Below, in pieces: positions 38,241 through 47,737 of a stretch of DNA of 51,387 nucleotides (the first letter of the stretch is position 1; every line of letters begins with the position of its first letter). Source of the stretch: Bacteroidales bacterium (GTDB taxonomy: Bacteria > Bacteroidota > Bacteroidia > Bacteroidales > UBA1402); NCBI GenBank assembly GCA_012718945.1, contig JAAYBL010000019.1, positions 1 to 51,387 of the forward strand, in the 5' to 3' direction. The notes below the pieces were generated by a model. That model had not been told where the DNA came from. It searched no databases and saw nothing but the letters and a program-made list of their open reading frames with translations. Made by a program: the position numbers and the translations under genes.

Positions 38241-38649
38241 ATTCAACGCTCCGGCCGCCGTCGGGCAACAAGCGTATGTCTACCCGGGTACAGTCGCTCG
38301 GGAGGTAAGGACCAATCTTTTCCGGCCATTCAATGAAGCAGGAATAGCCGCTCGTGAAGTAATCATCACACCCTAAATCAAAGGCTTCACCACTGTGTTT
38401 GAGGCGGTAGAAGTCGAAGTGATAGACAGGCTCGCCTGAGGGCTTGCTATATTCGTTGATGATGGCGAACGTGGGACTGTTGACGACGTCTTCAACGCCC
38501 ATGGCTTCACAGATGGCCTTGATGAAAGTGGTTTTTCCAGCCCCCATGTCGCCATAGAATGCATATACGCCGCTGGCTTGATGGGTGGCTTTCAGAAAAG
38601 CCTGTGCGGCTGTCTCCAGTTGGTCAAGTTGTGGTATAGTGATAATCAT
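38191..38649 (-). CDS. tsaE: tRNA threonylcarbamoyladenosine biosynthesis ATPase
   Basis: GDMGAGKTT, SPTF, YHFDFYRL and IEWPE. The C-terminus runs 50 nt into trxA. Confidence 0.95.
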   Translation of the reverse strand: MIITIPQLDQLETAAQAFLKATHQASGVYAFYGDMGAGKTTFIKAICEAMGVEDVVNSPTFAIINEYSKPSGEPVYHFDFYRLKHSGEAFDLGCDDYFTSGYSCFIEWPEKIGPYLPSDCTRVDIRLLPDGGRSVEFNPTGLQPSGQAHFSE

Positions 38650-40202
38650 ACAGGTTTCTTTTTAGGCTCCAGTGTGATGAGGGGTATAAGCATTTCTTCC
38701 AATGAAATGCCGCCGTGCTGGAACGTGTCTTTGTAATACGAGGCGTAGTAATTGTAGTTGTTTGGGTAGGCGAAATAATCACTGTTTGATGTGAAAATGT
38801 ACGCCGAACTGACGTTAGGCGCGGGCAGGCCGTAGCGTTCTGGATTTTTAATTTCGAATACTTCCTTGGGGTTGTAATTCAGGTTCTTGCCTATTTTGTA
38901 TCGCAGGTTGGTGTTGGTGCTTCGGTCGCCAACCACCTTAATGGGGTTGTCTACTCGTATGGTGCCATGATCGGTGGTCAGGACAATCTTGACGGATTGG
39001 TCGGCCAGGAAATCCAGTAATTCGGCGATGGCCGAATGTTTGTACCAGGATTCGGTCAGCGATCGGTAGGCTGCTTCCGTATTGGCAAGTTCCCTGATCA
39101 TCTTGGATTCGGTGCGTGCATGGGAGAGCATGTCGATGAAGTTGAAAACGACCACGTTGAGTGGGGTGTTTAGCAAACTTTTGACCTTACCCATGAAGCG
39201 TTCGCCGGCCTGGTTGTTGTTGATTTTGTTGTAGCTGAAGGCATGGCGTTTGCGGTAGCGATCCAATTGTGTCTGAATAAGAGGTGATTCATTCAGATTT
39301 TTGCCTTCTTCTTCGTCTTCGTCCACCCACAACTCGGGGAAAAGGGTCTGTATCTGCAAGGGCATCAGACCGGAGAAGATGGCGTTACGAGCATACTGCG
39401 TTGCTGTGGGCAGGATGCTGATGTACATGTCTTCGTTGATGCTGAATCGATCGCCCAACAGCCGTTTGATGACCTGCCATTGATCAAATCGGAAGTTGTC
39501 AATCACGATGAAGAAGACCGTTTCATTGGCGTCCAATAAAGGAAATACCGTGTTTTTGAAGACGTCCGGGCTCATGAAGGGTCTGTTTTCCGGTTTCTCC
39601 ATCCAGCTCAGGTAGTTTTTGCGAATGTAACGCCCAAACAGGTTGTTGGCCTCCGTTTTTTGCTGTTTGAGCATCTCATCCATGCCTGTCTTGGCTTCCT
39701 CCAGTTCCAGTTCCCAGTACACCAGTTTGCCGTAAACGGCTTTCCAATCGTCCATGTCGGCCGCCTCATTGATTTGTTGGCTGATTTTCATGAACTGTTG
39801 CTGGAAAGTGCTGGTTGTGGTATCATGGATAATTTCGTCCTTGTGGATGTTTTTCTTGAGGGTCAACAACATTTGCATGGGGTTGACCGGTTTGATGAGG
39901 TAATCGGCTATTTTGCTGCCGATGGCCTGGTTCATGATGTCTTCTTCCTCACTCTTGGTGATCATGACGACGGGCAACGATGGAAACAGCGCTTTGATTT
40001 GGTTGAGGGTTTCAATTCCACTCAAACCGGGCATGTTTTCATCGAGAAAAACAAGGTCGAAGGTCGTATCCTTACACAAGTCGATGGCGTCCTGTCCGTT
40101 GGTGGTGGTCAGTACTTCATAGCCCTTCGCCTCCAGAAAAAGAATGTGAGGTTTCAAGAGGTCAATCTCGTCATCGGCCCAAAGCAAGCGGTCATTAGCC
40201 AT
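38646..40202 (-). CDS. porX: PorX-type response regulator with PglZ (alkaline phosphatase superfamily) domain
   Basis: Receiver domain (WADDE, LDENMPG, ITKSEE) plus IDNFRFDQW, LPTATQYARN, TTDHG and FQHGG. ATGA overlap with tsaE. Confidence 0.92.
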   Translation of the reverse strand: MANDRLLWADDEIDLLKPHILFLEAKGYEVLTTTNGQDAIDLCKDTTFDLVFLDENMPGLSGIETLNQIKALFPSLPVVMITKSEEEDIMNQAIGSKIADYLIKPVNPMQMLLTLKKNIHKDEIIHDTTTSTFQQQFMKISQQINEAADMDDWKAVYGKLVYWELELEEAKTGMDEMLKQQKTEANNLFGRYIRKNYLSWMEKPENRPFMSPDVFKNTVFPLLDANETVFFIVIDNFRFDQWQVIKRLLGDRFSINEDMYISILPTATQYARNAIFSGLMPLQIQTLFPELWVDEDEEEGKNLNESPLIQTQLDRYRKRHAFSYNKINNNQAGERFMGKVKSLLNTPLNVVVFNFIDMLSHARTESKMIRELANTEAAYRSLTESWYKHSAIAELLDFLADQSVKIVLTTDHGTIRVDNPIKVVGDRSTNTNLRYKIGKNLNYNPKEVFEIKNPERYGLPAPNVSSAYIFTSNSDYFAYPNNYNYYASYYKDTFQHGGISLEEMLIPLITLEPKKKPV

Positions 40203-40213
40203 AGGGTAGTTAT

Positions 40214-43051
40214 TTAGGGTGTAGGGGCATTGGAGTCCTGATAGTGTTCCTGGTAGAATGGTTCATAGAGGGCGGGATCCAGGCCTTGTTCCAATATACT
40301 CATATTTGTTTCAGAAACAATGATAAATCGAATGCCGGGGTATTTTTCGGTCGGGGCCTGGTTTTGGAAATTGATCCATGCCCTGTAACGAAGCACATCG
40401 GCCGCGTTTTCAAAACCCCGTATCAAAAGTACATCCTGTTGACCGATTTTTTCGAGACTGAGTTCATAATCCTTGATTAAAAAGGTGGTAAAGTTATACA
40501 GCGCTACGTCAAACTGTAGTCTGTTGCCATTGACGGAATCGGCCGGATAAGCGATCATCAGCACATGCGAGGTCTCAGGCGTGTACGTGAGTTTCATCAG
40601 CAACGAATCCAGACTGTTGGCCTCGTTTTGGTTCAAAAGACTATCCAGTTGGAAGAGGCTTATGTAACCGCTGGAAGGAATGGGGCGTTTTCCACTGTCC
40701 CAAAGTGCCAACATGGCATTTGCGACGGGTGTCACTTCGCTTTGAGGGTAGTCACGCACCAGCACGGTGAGTGTGTCGTGGAAGGCTTGTGCCGCCCCCA
40801 TACGCCCGTGCTGCAGGGCCTCAAGAAAGAGGAATCTGGGCATGTGGGTGTTGAGGGGGTAACGCTCCATGCTCGATTGAGTGAGGGCGAGAAGGCTGTC
40901 GGCTTCATGGTTGGCAAACCGGTAATAGGCTGTTTCGTACAAGGAATCCTGCACCTGGTACATCTCAATTTGGTGTTCAATAAACAGGGAGTCGGCTAGC
41001 CAACGGGCGGGTTTGCTATACGGGAATTTTTCCAACAGTTTGTTTCTGACCAGGTTGGCGGCATCGTTACGCCTGGCTTGTTTGTGCGCCAAGTAGCTGA
41101 TGTACCAAGCATCCTCCAGGTGCTCACTTTCCGGATAGCGTGCTTCCAGCGTATCGAATGCCTGTAGGGCCAGTCGATCGTTTACCATCAGTTCCCTGTA
41201 CACCTTGCCCGCTTTATAGAAGGCTTCGGCCATTTGTTTGTGGCTGTTTTCCTTCTGTTCGGCCGTGAAGGGAATGCGGCTCAGGTAGTGGTTGGGATGG
41301 AGGGGATCGTCTGCGCCTTCGGAATAGTCGTTGACTTTTCCTTTTGCCGACAGACTGTCTGTCGGCAGTTGATCGTTGAGAGTAGTGGCTGCATTTGTTT
41401 GGAGGCTGTCCAAATCGGGGGTGGCTTCCTGGGAGATTGATTGCCCGTTGGAAGCAGCCATGTTCTCAAAGGGGTCTGATTTTCTTGTCCGTCGCCAATC
41501 ATCGCCCAAACTGCGTTTACCCCATTTGCGCTTAAAGTCTGACAACCCCTTGCTGACCATTGAGGGATTATAAAAATACCAGTTTTTGTCGGTTGGATCC
41601 ACTGTTTCCGTTGACGTTTGTTTGTCATCGGAACGGGACTCGTTCATGGCTTCGTTGTTGTCAAGCGCTTCCTGTGTGTTTTGCCTGCGACGTTCTTCTT
41701 TGGCTTTCTTTTGAGCGTCCTTGACCAGGGAGTCAATGTGATGGTTCAGGGCATCTTCCGGCCATGACGACAAGGTTAACAAACTGTCAGTCTCATGGAT
41801 GATGGTTAACGGCGGTTCCAACTCCTTGAGTACCATTGCTCTGAATGATGCTTCCGGGTACCGTTCGTCTTCTTTTTTAAGTTGGGGGAGTGCTTCAGCA
41901 TAGAGGGGCGCGGCATGCCGAAACGATTCCATCTTGTAATAGAGGTCACCCAGTACCAATTGGGTTTTCAGTTTGTTGGGACCTTGTTTGGTCGCCTTGT
42001 CTAGTGACAGGTGAAAATGTTCCAATGCCTTGGTCGTGTCGGTGGCTACCAGGTACAGGTTGCCCATGGCATAATAAATCTGATCCTGGTAATCCTTGTT
42101 TTTGCGACTACGACTCAGGCGTTTGAGTTTTTTAAGGGGCTTCGTCGGGTTGTTGCCTGGATAGACTTCGGTTTGGCGAATACGGGCACTGATGTCCATG
42201 TCGTAGGGTGGATTCATGCCCGGTATGGCGGAGAACATTTTATAGGCTTTGTCCGTTTGACCTGTCTCTTGATAGAGTTGCCCCAGCAGGAAAGACCAGC
42301 GTTGCTTTTCCCGCCGATTGGAGGCCTGACGGATGGCGAGTGTCAGATAGGGAATGGCTTCATTCGTTTTTTTTCCAGCAAGCAGGTAATCTGCATAAGC
42401 CGCTGCAAAAGTGCCGTTAAGGGTTGGCGTCAATGAGGGGGTATTGAGGTCTTGAAAGATGATTTCGGCGTCGTACAGCCAGCCTAGTTCTTTGTATGAC
42501 CTGGCTAACAAGATGGAGGCTTTATCTTGAACAGTCTTATCGTCTGCAAAATGCCGCTTGATGTAGGAGCAGGTGGCTGCCGATGAATTGAAATCAGCCA
42601 TGTGAAACTGCGCATTGGCCATCAAGAGAAAAACATCGTCCATGAAGGGATTGAATTCTTCTTTGGCGTAAAACTGTTTGTAGGAGGCTTTACTGGTACT
42701 GGTGGGTTTCTTTTTGGGTTTTACCCGGATGGATCGTTGCTTGATGGCTTTCTCTGTCTTTTCGATGGCCTTTTTCATACTGCTTGATGTACCTTTGGCC
42801 AGGGCATGGTTGCTGACAGGATACATGGGCAATCGTTGCGTGTAATCGTCTTGTTGTCCGTTCTTTAACTGGTCAACACCTTGCTTGTACGCTTCGTTTC
42901 CGTTGAAATGTACGTTGTAACGGGTGTTCAATTCCTGGTAATGACGTGACAGCCACGTGTTCTGTTGGGTAGAACACGCGGTCAGAAACAACAATAATGG
43001 CAAAAGCCAACCTTTCAACCAGTTTCTCACCAGGGGTAGGAGATTATTCAA
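40214..43051 (-). CDS. porW: PorW/SprE-like TPR lipoprotein of the type IX secretion system
   Basis: Lipobox LTAC then STQQNTWLSRHY...RYNVHFNG, TPR helices, and WYFYN...F.RKWG.R.L.D.WRR block. TTG start. Confidence 0.8.
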   Translation of the reverse strand: MNNLLPLVRNWLKGWLLPLLLFLTACSTQQNTWLSRHYQELNTRYNVHFNGNEAYKQGVDQLKNGQQDDYTQRLPMYPVSNHALAKGTSSSMKKAIEKTEKAIKQRSIRVKPKKKPTSTSKASYKQFYAKEEFNPFMDDVFLLMANAQFHMADFNSSAATCSYIKRHFADDKTVQDKASILLARSYKELGWLYDAEIIFQDLNTPSLTPTLNGTFAAAYADYLLAGKKTNEAIPYLTLAIRQASNRREKQRWSFLLGQLYQETGQTDKAYKMFSAIPGMNPPYDMDISARIRQTEVYPGNNPTKPLKKLKRLSRSRKNKDYQDQIYYAMGNLYLVATDTTKALEHFHLSLDKATKQGPNKLKTQLVLGDLYYKMESFRHAAPLYAEALPQLKKEDERYPEASFRAMVLKELEPPLTIIHETDSLLTLSSWPEDALNHHIDSLVKDAQKKAKEERRRQNTQEALDNNEAMNESRSDDKQTSTETVDPTDKNWYFYNPSMVSKGLSDFKRKWGKRSLGDDWRRTRKSDPFENMAASNGQSISQEATPDLDSLQTNAATTLNDQLPTDSLSAKGKVNDYSEGADDPLHPNHYLSRIPFTAEQKENSHKQMAEAFYKAGKVYRELMVNDRLALQAFDTLEARYPESEHLEDAWYISYLAHKQARRNDAANLVRNKLLEKFPYSKPARWLADSLFIEHQIEMYQVQDSLYETAYYRFANHEADSLLALTQSSMERYPLNTHMPRFLFLEALQHGRMGAAQAFHDTLTVLVRDYPQSEVTPVANAMLALWDSGKRPIPSSGYISLFQLDSLLNQNEANSLDSLLMKLTYTPETSHVLMIAYPADSVNGNRLQFDVALYNFTTFLIKDYELSLEKIGQQDVLLIRGFENAADVLRYRAWINFQNQAPTEKYPGIRFIIVSETNMSILEQGLDPALYEPFYQEHYQDSNAPTP

Positions 43052-43113
43052 CGAGTATTAAACTGAAAAACCCGTTATTTATTGTGTGACAAGCGTTGTA
43101 AAGCCCTGGACAT

Positions 43114-44337
43114 TTACAGGTGCTCCACGCTGAAACCAACGGCGGCAAGGGCGTTCCAGAATGTTGGGTATGATTTGCTGACCACCTCCGGATGTTCAAT
43201 TTGCAGGCCTTTTTGCCTAAACGCGAAGGGGGCAAATGAAAGAGCCATGCGGTGGTCTTCGTAAGTACTGATGACAGGATTTTCTGTCGGAACGCATCGT
43301 TTCCCTGTCCAACTCAAGCCGTTGGCCGGGAATTCTTCAAAAACGAATCCCAGTTTGGCCGCTTCTGTTTGTAGGGCGGCAATGCGATCGGTTTCCTTGA
43401 TCTTCAAACTAGCCAGGCCGGTGAGGCAGAACGGGCGCTCCAAGGCAGCACAGGTTACCGCCAGGGTTTGAGCAAGGTCAGGTTGGTCGGTGAGGTCGGC
43501 CTCAAAACGGGTCGTTTCCACCGAGGTTTTGGTCAGGCGCACGCCCCCTTCTTCCCAGGTGGTCTTTACTCCCAACGATTGGAAGAAGTCTGCGATCGCG
43601 GCGTCTCCTTGTAAGCTGTTCGCTTCCAGGCCTTTTAGAAATAGTTCGCCGCTGGGAGCCAGGCTGAGCAATTCGTACCAATAGGAGGCGGCTGACCAGT
43701 CGGATTCGACCGTGTAGTCAATGGCCTGGTATGAGGCTTTCGGTATATTGATGCCCTTTTCCTGCCAATCAGCCATGACGCCAAAGGCGGCCATCATCTG
43801 AAGGGTCATCCTGGCGTATGGTTGGGAAATAAGATCTCCTTTTATGTTGAGCGTCAGTCCTTTGTCCATACAGGGGCCAGCCATCATCAGCGCGGATAGG
43901 TATTGGCTGCTGATGCCTCCCTCTATCTCGATACAGCCTCCCTGTACAGGCCCCCCTGTGATAGTGAGGGGTGGGTAACCGGGCTTCTCTCCATACTCGA
44001 CGGTGGCGCCCAGTTTTCTTAAGGCTTCCACCAATACGGCGATGGGGCGATTTTTCATACGTTCCGTACCGGTAAGAGTCCAACGGCCGGGCTGTAAGCA
44101 GAGGTAGGCGGTGAGAAAACGCATGGCTGTGCCGGCTGCTCCGATGTTCAGGTCGTATTGGCCTGAACGGAGTGCCTCTATCATCACACTGGTGTCATCG
44201 CAATCAGACAGGTTGGAGAGTTTGCCCTTGCCTTGGGAAAGTGCGTTAAGGATAAGCGCCCTGTTGCTGAGGCTTTTCGAGGCTGGCAGGTGGATCTGTC
44301 CGTGTAAGGTGGATGGAGCGATGAGGCGGTACGTCAT
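43114..44337 (-). CDS. aroA: 3-phosphoshikimate 1-carboxyvinyltransferase (EPSP synthase)
   Basis: PASKS.SNR, AGTAMRF, SSQYLSAL, KETDRI, DHRMA and KSYPTFW motifs. Confidence 0.97.
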   Translation of the reverse strand: MTYRLIAPSTLHGQIHLPASKSLSNRALILNALSQGKGKLSNLSDCDDTSVMIEALRSGQYDLNIGAAGTAMRFLTAYLCLQPGRWTLTGTERMKNRPIAVLVEALRKLGATVEYGEKPGYPPLTITGGPVQGGCIEIEGGISSQYLSALMMAGPCMDKGLTLNIKGDLISQPYARMTLQMMAAFGVMADWQEKGINIPKASYQAIDYTVESDWSAASYWYELLSLAPSGELFLKGLEANSLQGDAAIADFFQSLGVKTTWEEGGVRLTKTSVETTRFEADLTDQPDLAQTLAVTCAALERPFCLTGLASLKIKETDRIAALQTEAAKLGFVFEEFPANGLSWTGKRCVPTENPVISTYEDHRMALSFAPFAFRQKGLQIEHPEVVSKSYPTFWNALAAVGFSVEHL

Positions 44338-44357
44338 GTGAAGGCCATATTTTATGG

Positions 44358-44365
44358 CAAATGTA
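44358..44365 (-). promoter_or_regulatory. -7 element (TACATTTG) for aroA
   Basis: TAnnTTTG match 20 nt before ATG 44337. Confidence 0.62.
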
Positions 44366-44374
44366 CAAAAAATG

Positions 44375-45538
44375 TCAGTAGCTCCATTTCAAGCGGGCAA
44401 AACCGGCCCAGGTATTGCCCAGAAAACCGTATTCAGAGCCTGGTTCTCCAAGCAGGCATTGAGCCGTGAGCAGTAGCTCAAGGTTGTCGTGTAAGGAAAT
44501 TGAGAGGTTGGGACTTACGTAGGCGGATCCATCTTCCGGATTGAAAAGGCAGGCACCGCTAATGTTGAGTATGGGATTGAGGGGGTATGATGCCTGTGCG
44601 AACAATTCGTGCTTCCCCATTGACAAACGCTTGGCGCTCAGTTGGTAGGTTGGATTGAGCATGGACAGACCGCCCATGCCGCTTCCGCCAAGGCTGTTGA
44701 AAAGATAGGCGGTGTGCAGGAAGAGGTTGTTTTCCAGGTTTTTGTCTGCCGATAGCGTGGCAGAGACGGCAGTCGAAGAGGTCTGGTTAATAGCCATAAA
44801 CACAGTGCCTTCTCCTCTGATCGATACGCTCCCCAGTGCACCCGAAAAACCCCCACCAACGACGGCATCATCGGCCATTTTTCCCGCTATAAGCTGCATG
44901 TCCCAATTGTGCCAGTTGAAGGCATACCGGCCGGCCAGGGTCAACGACCGATTGCTGTCTGTTTGGGCTACGAGATCCAGGCTTGAACTGCCCGTTGTGT
45001 ACCAAGTGAAGAGGAGGGCATCGCTGCCTGGCCTTTCCTCATAGTCGAAATCGGTGAATGAGAAGGCATTGAACAGGTCGTTGGGATTCCAGACCAGGCT
45101 GACACCCCAATTGATGCGCTGCCGGCCCAGTTTCATCTGAAACGCCCCCCAGGTGTAATCCACATACAAACGGTCGAAGGTGGTGTTTAGAAACCAGCCG
45201 GCCTTGGTTGCCAGGTTCCAGCTGAGGTCCATCCATCCATTGTCGCGTTCAAACATGGCCGGATACTGGCTCACGTCTTTGAGCAGAGGACCGCTCATCA
45301 ACCGGTTTCTCATGCCTGCAACAAAGTGGAGGGCTTTGTTGGGCTGCCAATCCAGGTTGAGACGGTGATGCACCAGGTTGTAGGTGGTCAAATCGAGGTT
45401 ACGACCATTCAGATTGACTGGTGTTTCCAGGTAATAGAGGCCCTGCATGTCTTTCAGGTAACCCGAAAGGTTCAGGGATTGAGCGCTGACACTCAAACTG
45501 CTCAGCCCAAGAAAGACAATGACAGCGGTACGTCGCAT
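44375..45538 (-). CDS. Uncharacterised outer-membrane beta-barrel protein
   Basis: Signal peptide (VSA-Q), alternating beta pattern, DRLYVDY...GRQRINWG...WNP.D block and C-terminal beta signal FARLKWSY. Start set at ATG 45538. Confidence 0.8.
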   Translation of the reverse strand: MRRTAVIVFLGLSSLSVSAQSLNLSGYLKDMQGLYYLETPVNLNGRNLDLTTYNLVHHRLNLDWQPNKALHFVAGMRNRLMSGPLLKDVSQYPAMFERDNGWMDLSWNLATKAGWFLNTTFDRLYVDYTWGAFQMKLGRQRINWGVSLVWNPNDLFNAFSFTDFDYEERPGSDALLFTWYTTGSSSLDLVAQTDSNRSLTLAGRYAFNWHNWDMQLIAGKMADDAVVGGGFSGALGSVSIRGEGTVFMAINQTSSTAVSATLSADKNLENNLFLHTAYLFNSLGGSGMGGLSMLNPTYQLSAKRLSMGKHELFAQASYPLNPILNISGACLFNPEDGSAYVSPNLSISLHDNLELLLTAQCLLGEPGSEYGFLGNTWAGFARLKWSY

Positions 45539-45586
45539 GGTTGGAAGGCTTACAGGTGATAAGGCAAATGGCCTCAGCAAATGGCG

Positions 45587-46270
45587 CTATTTCCGGTAGT
45601 CGTCCACAATTTTTCCATCCTCCAGCACAATGATCCGGTGGGCCTTGTTCATGACGCGTTGGTCGTGGGTGGAAAAGAGGAACGTGATCTGTTCCCGTTG
45701 GTTCAGCGTTTCCATCATTTCCAACAATTTCTCGGTAGATTTGGAATCAAGGTTGGCTGTAGGCTCGTCGGCGATGATGAACTTGGGTTTGGAAGCCATG
45801 GCTCTGGCTACGGCCACTCGTTGCTGCTGACCTCCGGAAAGTTCATTGGGACGGCTGTTCATCCGGTCGCCCAAACCGACTTCATTAAGGATATCCTTGG
45901 TTCTTCGTTCAATGGCTGGTTTGGGTGCCCGTTGCAACTCCATGATGAAGGCCACATTTTCGTAGGCCGTGAGGACGGGTATCAGGTTGTACGATTGAAA
46001 AACAAAGCCGATGTTGTGCAATCTGAATTCGATCAGTTGCTTAGGACTCATAGCCGTAATGTCAACATTTTCCACGATAATCTGGCCTTGATTGGGGGTG
46101 TCGAGGCCCCCGATCAGGTTGAGCAGAGTGGTTTTACCCGAACCAGAAGGCCCCACTATGGCCGTGAATTCCCCGTCTTCAATGGTGAGGTTGACGTGGT
46201 CGATAGCCGTGACTTGCATGGCATTGCTATCGTAGATTTTAACAAGGTCGTTGATGACGATGACGTTCAT
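45587..46270 (-). CDS. ABC transporter ATPase, LolD/MacB-like
   Basis: Walker A GPSGSGKT, IGFVFQ, LSGGQQQRVA, ADEPTANLD and STHD. Start set at ATG 46270. Confidence 0.95.
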   Translation of the reverse strand: MNVIVINDLVKIYDSNAMQVTAIDHVNLTIEDGEFTAIVGPSGSGKTTLLNLIGGLDTPNQGQIIVENVDITAMSPKQLIEFRLHNIGFVFQSYNLIPVLTAYENVAFIMELQRAPKPAIERRTKDILNEVGLGDRMNSRPNELSGGQQQRVAVARAMASKPKFIIADEPTANLDSKSTEKLLEMMETLNQREQITFLFSTHDQRVMNKAHRIIVLEDGKIVDDYRK

Positions 46271-46290
46271 GGCTGTTGGTATTGAAACGG

Positions 46291-47721
46291 TTAATTGTCT
46301 GTTTTGAGGGCCTCTACCGGGATGAGCGCCAAGGCTCTTCTGGCAGGGATGATGGAAGCTAGCAATCCTGTCAGAACGACCAACAGGGTCACTCCCAGGA
46401 AGAAGTCGGGGGTAATGGATGGGTAAATCACGGCCGACCAACCCATGGCCTCAAAGCCCTCGCCAATAACGGAAAAATCCAGTCCGGTTTGCCCGGTGAT
46501 GGTTATGATGACCCAGCCTACGCCCATGCCGAAAATCGATCCGGTCAGGGTCAGGAAGATGCTCTCCAGCATAATCATGGTGAAAATACGTTTTCTGCTC
46601 ATGCCGATGGCCATCAACATGCCCAACTCTTTGGTGCGTTCGAGCACGGCCATCAACATGGTGTTGAGGATGCCGAACGCCAGAGCGAAGAGGATGAAGC
46701 CCATCAGGATGTAATAGAAAAAGTCCATGTATTCGGAAAGGATGCCTGCTTCCGGGGATATCTCCAGCCAGTTTTGCACACTCACCGTTGGAAAGTGACT
46801 CCTGATGGCGTCCTGTAGGGGTTTCATGGCTTCTTCATCGTTCAGGATGAGGCCGATTTCGTGGCAATCATTGATTGTCAATCCGGTGAGTTGGGCCAGG
46901 TCGCTTTTAAGCACATACGCCGTGGTTAGGTCGAAGACAGCATTGGTGGTTTTGTAAATACCGCCCACCTTGAACGATTGACTAACCAAATTGCCGTCCA
47001 TCGCATTGAGGGTACAGATAATCTTGGAGCGTAACCTGTATTGGATGGCTTCAGAGGTGAGTGCTGAACCATATTTCCTGATTTCTTCAGCGGTAAGGCG
47101 CTCAGAAAGAATACGTTGGTAACGCTTTTCGGTGTGGTAACGGACGTTGTCCAGGTCGGTCAATTTGTCGGTCACAGACGTGGGCACCCCGTTCTGGTTG
47201 AGTTGAACGCGTTTTTCTTCGGTGAGTACGTAGGTTTTTATCTTGAGTAATTCAGCTGTTCTGTCGCTGATCAGGATGGATCCGGGTGTCTTCGAATCCA
47301 GGTAGCCTCCGGTGTTGGGGATCAAGTGAGTATGTAAGTCAGACACGGCCATTTCTTCGATTGGGTCTACCCCTTGAAGGGTCATACCGGTGGTGCCTCT
47401 GGAGGTGGCGGCCATGACCATGCACTTCAACCGTTCACTGCTGGCCTTGACGGCGGGTTGTTGATCCAGGAAGGCACTCAAATCGGTGACGTGGGGCACA
47501 AGCAAGTTGAGCTCTTCGTTTTTGAGGAAGTCGGGGTGGTGAATTTTAATATGTCCGGTTTCCGTATAAACCAAACTATGCGTACGCTGTTTGACCCAAC
47601 CTACCATCAACCCTGAGGTGAAGACCCCTGCCGCCGTACCCAACAGAACGGCGATGATGACAATGAGGCTACGTTTTCGGTTGCGCCAAACGTTTTTCCA
47701 GGCGATGGAGACAATCAGCAT
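46291..47721 (-). CDS. FtsX/LolE-like ABC permease 2
   Basis: AWKNVWRNRKRS, TM1, a large periplasmic domain, NTMLMAVLERTKELGMLMAIG and PARRA. Confidence 0.93.
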   Translation of the reverse strand: MLIVSIAWKNVWRNRKRSLIVIIAVLLGTAAGVFTSGLMVGWVKQRTHSLVYTETGHIKIHHPDFLKNEELNLLVPHVTDLSAFLDQQPAVKASSERLKCMVMAATSRGTTGMTLQGVDPIEEMAVSDLHTHLIPNTGGYLDSKTPGSILISDRTAELLKIKTYVLTEEKRVQLNQNGVPTSVTDKLTDLDNVRYHTEKRYQRILSERLTAEEIRKYGSALTSEAIQYRLRSKIICTLNAMDGNLVSQSFKVGGIYKTTNAVFDLTTAYVLKSDLAQLTGLTINDCHEIGLILNDEEAMKPLQDAIRSHFPTVSVQNWLEISPEAGILSEYMDFFYYILMGFILFALAFGILNTMLMAVLERTKELGMLMAIGMSRKRIFTMIMLESIFLTLTGSIFGMGVGWVIITITGQTGLDFSVIGEGFEAMGWSAVIYPSITPDFFLGVTLLVVLTGLLASIIPARRALALIPVEALKTDN

Positions 47722-47737
47722 AGTGGCAGTGTTAACG

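Noticed and set aside
38646-40202. BREX defence system suggested by the PglZ domain
   Set aside because: The domain is fused to a receiver domain as in PorX, and no brxC, pglX or brxL genes are nearby.
45539-45589. In-frame TAG read-through fusing the ABC ATPase to the beta-barrel
   Set aside because: The frames match, but the barrel has its own ATG and signal peptide. A cytoplasmic ATPase-OMP fusion is implausible, and frame agreement has a 1-in-3 chance.
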